A DNA stretch of 64,000 nucleotides from Tricharina praecox (Eukaryota), in NCBI RefSeq assembly GCF_024521635.1, contig NW_026250440.1:1-64000 (forward strand), read 5' to 3'. Each line of letters begins with the position of its first letter. Within the stretch, counting starts at the first letter, position 1. The position numbers were made by a program, and so were the translations under genes. Positions 62,194-64,000 of the stretch are shown piece after piece. The notes under the pieces are model-generated. The model was not told the DNA's origin. It saw nothing but the letters and a program-made list of their open reading frames with translations, and searched no databases.

Positions 62194-62892
62194 ATGCTGC
62201 CCACGCCCGACACGGATCACATAGATCCCAACACGACGTACTCTCCAGCGGAGGACTCGTACCTGGTGCTAGACACACTCACGTCGGACGCTGGCTTCCT
62301 CCATTCACACTTCGCACCGCCCTCCTCGCCCCCCCTAATCCTCGAGCTCGGCACGGGCAGCGGCATAATCTCTGCCTTTATCTCCACCAATACCACCGCG
62401 CTCTTCGGTCGGGCGGACGTCCACCTCCTCGGCACCGACGCGAACTCCATCGCGTGCGCAGCGACGGCGCAAACCCTCTCTCTCACGCCCGCGCCATCGC
62501 ACTTCCTTGGCGCGCTGGTGGCGGACCTCGCGGCGCCGCTGCGCGATCACGTCGTCGACATGCTCGTGTTCAATCCTCCGTACGTACCGACGCCAGAGCT
62601 GCCCAGCTTGCGTGCGGAGCACGGAGCGACAGAGTTTGAGGAGGAGTCCAGGCTCCTGGCGCTGACGTATGCGGGCGGCGAGGATGGGATGGAGGTCACG
62701 AGGCGTGTGCTGATGGGGCTGGGGAGCGTGCTGAGTCAACGTGGTGTGGCGTATATTCTGCTTTGTCGCAGTAATAGGCCTGGTGAGGTGGTTGAGGGGT
62801 TGAGAGGCCAGGGCTGGAGGTGTGAGAAGGCTGGTGGCAGTGGGAGGAGGGGCGGGATTGAGAGGTTGGAGATCTGGAGGATCTGGAGGTAA
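62194..62892 (+). CDS. mtq2: eRF1 glutamine methyltransferase catalytic subunit (Mtq2/HemK2/N6AMT1)
   Basis: MLPTPDT..., YSPAEDSYLVLD, LELGTGSG SAM-binding motif, FNPPYVPT, YAGGEDGMEVT. Confidence 0.94.
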   Translation: MLPTPDTDHIDPNTTYSPAEDSYLVLDTLTSDAGFLHSHFAPPSSPPLILELGTGSGIISAFISTNTTALFGRADVHLLGTDANSIACAATAQTLSLTPAPSHFLGALVADLAAPLRDHVVDMLVFNPPYVPTPELPSLRAEHGATEFEEESRLLALTYAGGEDGMEVTRRVLMGLGSVLSQRGVAYILLCRSNRPGEVVEGLRGQGWRCEKAGGSGRRGGIERLEIWRIWR

Positions 62893-64000
62893 CGAATGAT
62901 CGAACGAAACAATCGTACCGTGAGGCCAATCGTCTGAGTAGGAAACAACCCGCAAAGGCACACGGACATGGCGCCGTACCAGTGCTGGTGATAGTTGGTG
63001 GAGCACTGTAATGGCATTGGTACACACAAGACGCCGGGGCTTATCCCCTATGCATGTGTAGAGCGCCCTTTCGTCTTCCGTCTACTGCTATGCGATTCCA
63101 GTATTCCAACGTAAGTTCCCTCTCGGGAAGCACGTAGGTACGGCAAGCCCCAAAAAACTCCAGATACCTAGTCTACGGTACGTTCCTAAGGGCCATCGGC
63201 CGCAGTCAATCGTCTGCATAATGTGGTCTCGCCAGATAGAACCGGGTCGATTCCATAAAAGCCGAAATAAAGTCCTGAGCTCCATAGGAAGTGGAAGTGG
63301 AAATGTTCCGTTTGCAGGAGGATACGTCACGTGATACATACTCTACGGGGAGGTGATCACTCGCGATCACTCGTGATTCCTCGCGAGGCGGAAATCATAT
63401 ATAGCCCCTCCGGTTCGGGGCCACCTCGTTGTGACCACGGTGTCGATGATTGCGGTGAAGCGGTGCAAGGAAACACACCAGACAGGACTGCTCGCAGGAA
63501 ATTAGCCCAGTCGGTGTGGAGAAGTTAGAACATGGGTGAGCCAGTCTGGCATATATCATAAGTTCATAACTCGATATCGCGGCGCAGGAAGATCCCCCGG
63601 CAGATGAGCTATCCCGCACATCTATTGTGTTTCGGTGGACCTATAGTAGCCTCGAAGGTTCACAACATAACAAATAATAAATCAACACTTCGGCCAAGTC
63701 CCGATCACAGGTTATCACGCGAGAATATCCGACCACATCTGTTTTGATTCTCGTTCAAAAGTCACATCATCAAGCCATATCGTCACTCGTCAAAGATATT
63801 ACACATTGGTCATATTGGTCATATTGTATTGGTAGTATTTGCATGCCTCGAGAATCCGGTTTATTTTTCACACTTGCTTATGCTTCTGTCTGGTAAAAGT
63901 ATGTCTAGCTGGTCAGAATTAATTCGAAGAAATGAGCTCACCAACATTGCTCGTGCTTCTCAACAACATCGACTCGAACACTGCGTTTCCCGTTTCCCGC

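Overview
Eukaryotic, intron-rich fungal genomic DNA (GT-AG introns with CTRAC/CTAAT branch points; an ascomycete, plausibly a pezizomycete, which is inference only). About 20 protein-coding genes are supported: partial cullin-3, alcohol dehydrogenase, two secreted/membrane cupredoxin-domain proteins, MCM4, UTP18, CENP-L/Fta1, SF3B14 (p14), an IQ-motif protein, REV1, prolyl aminopeptidase, a small Cys-rich secreted protein, SDH7/ACN9, Kel3/KLHDC4, a PTH11-like membrane protein, SmD1, PKR1 and MTQ2. Two features stand out. (1) A U2 snRNA gene on the minus strand (~48862-49111) is interrupted after its ~11th nucleotide by a 65-nt canonical spliceosomal intron. (2) The 1798-aa REV1 translesion polymerase carries an in-frame chromodomain with an intact aromatic cage between its BRCT and catalytic domains. 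Also seen: a ~470-bp AT-rich MITE-like element with 29-bp terminal inverted repeats, a 5-nt micro-exon, a candidate nonsense-disrupted gene, and a possibly PemK/MazF-like membrane-anchored protein with two alternative C-termini. Exon boundaries were read by eye and need RNA-seq confirmation.
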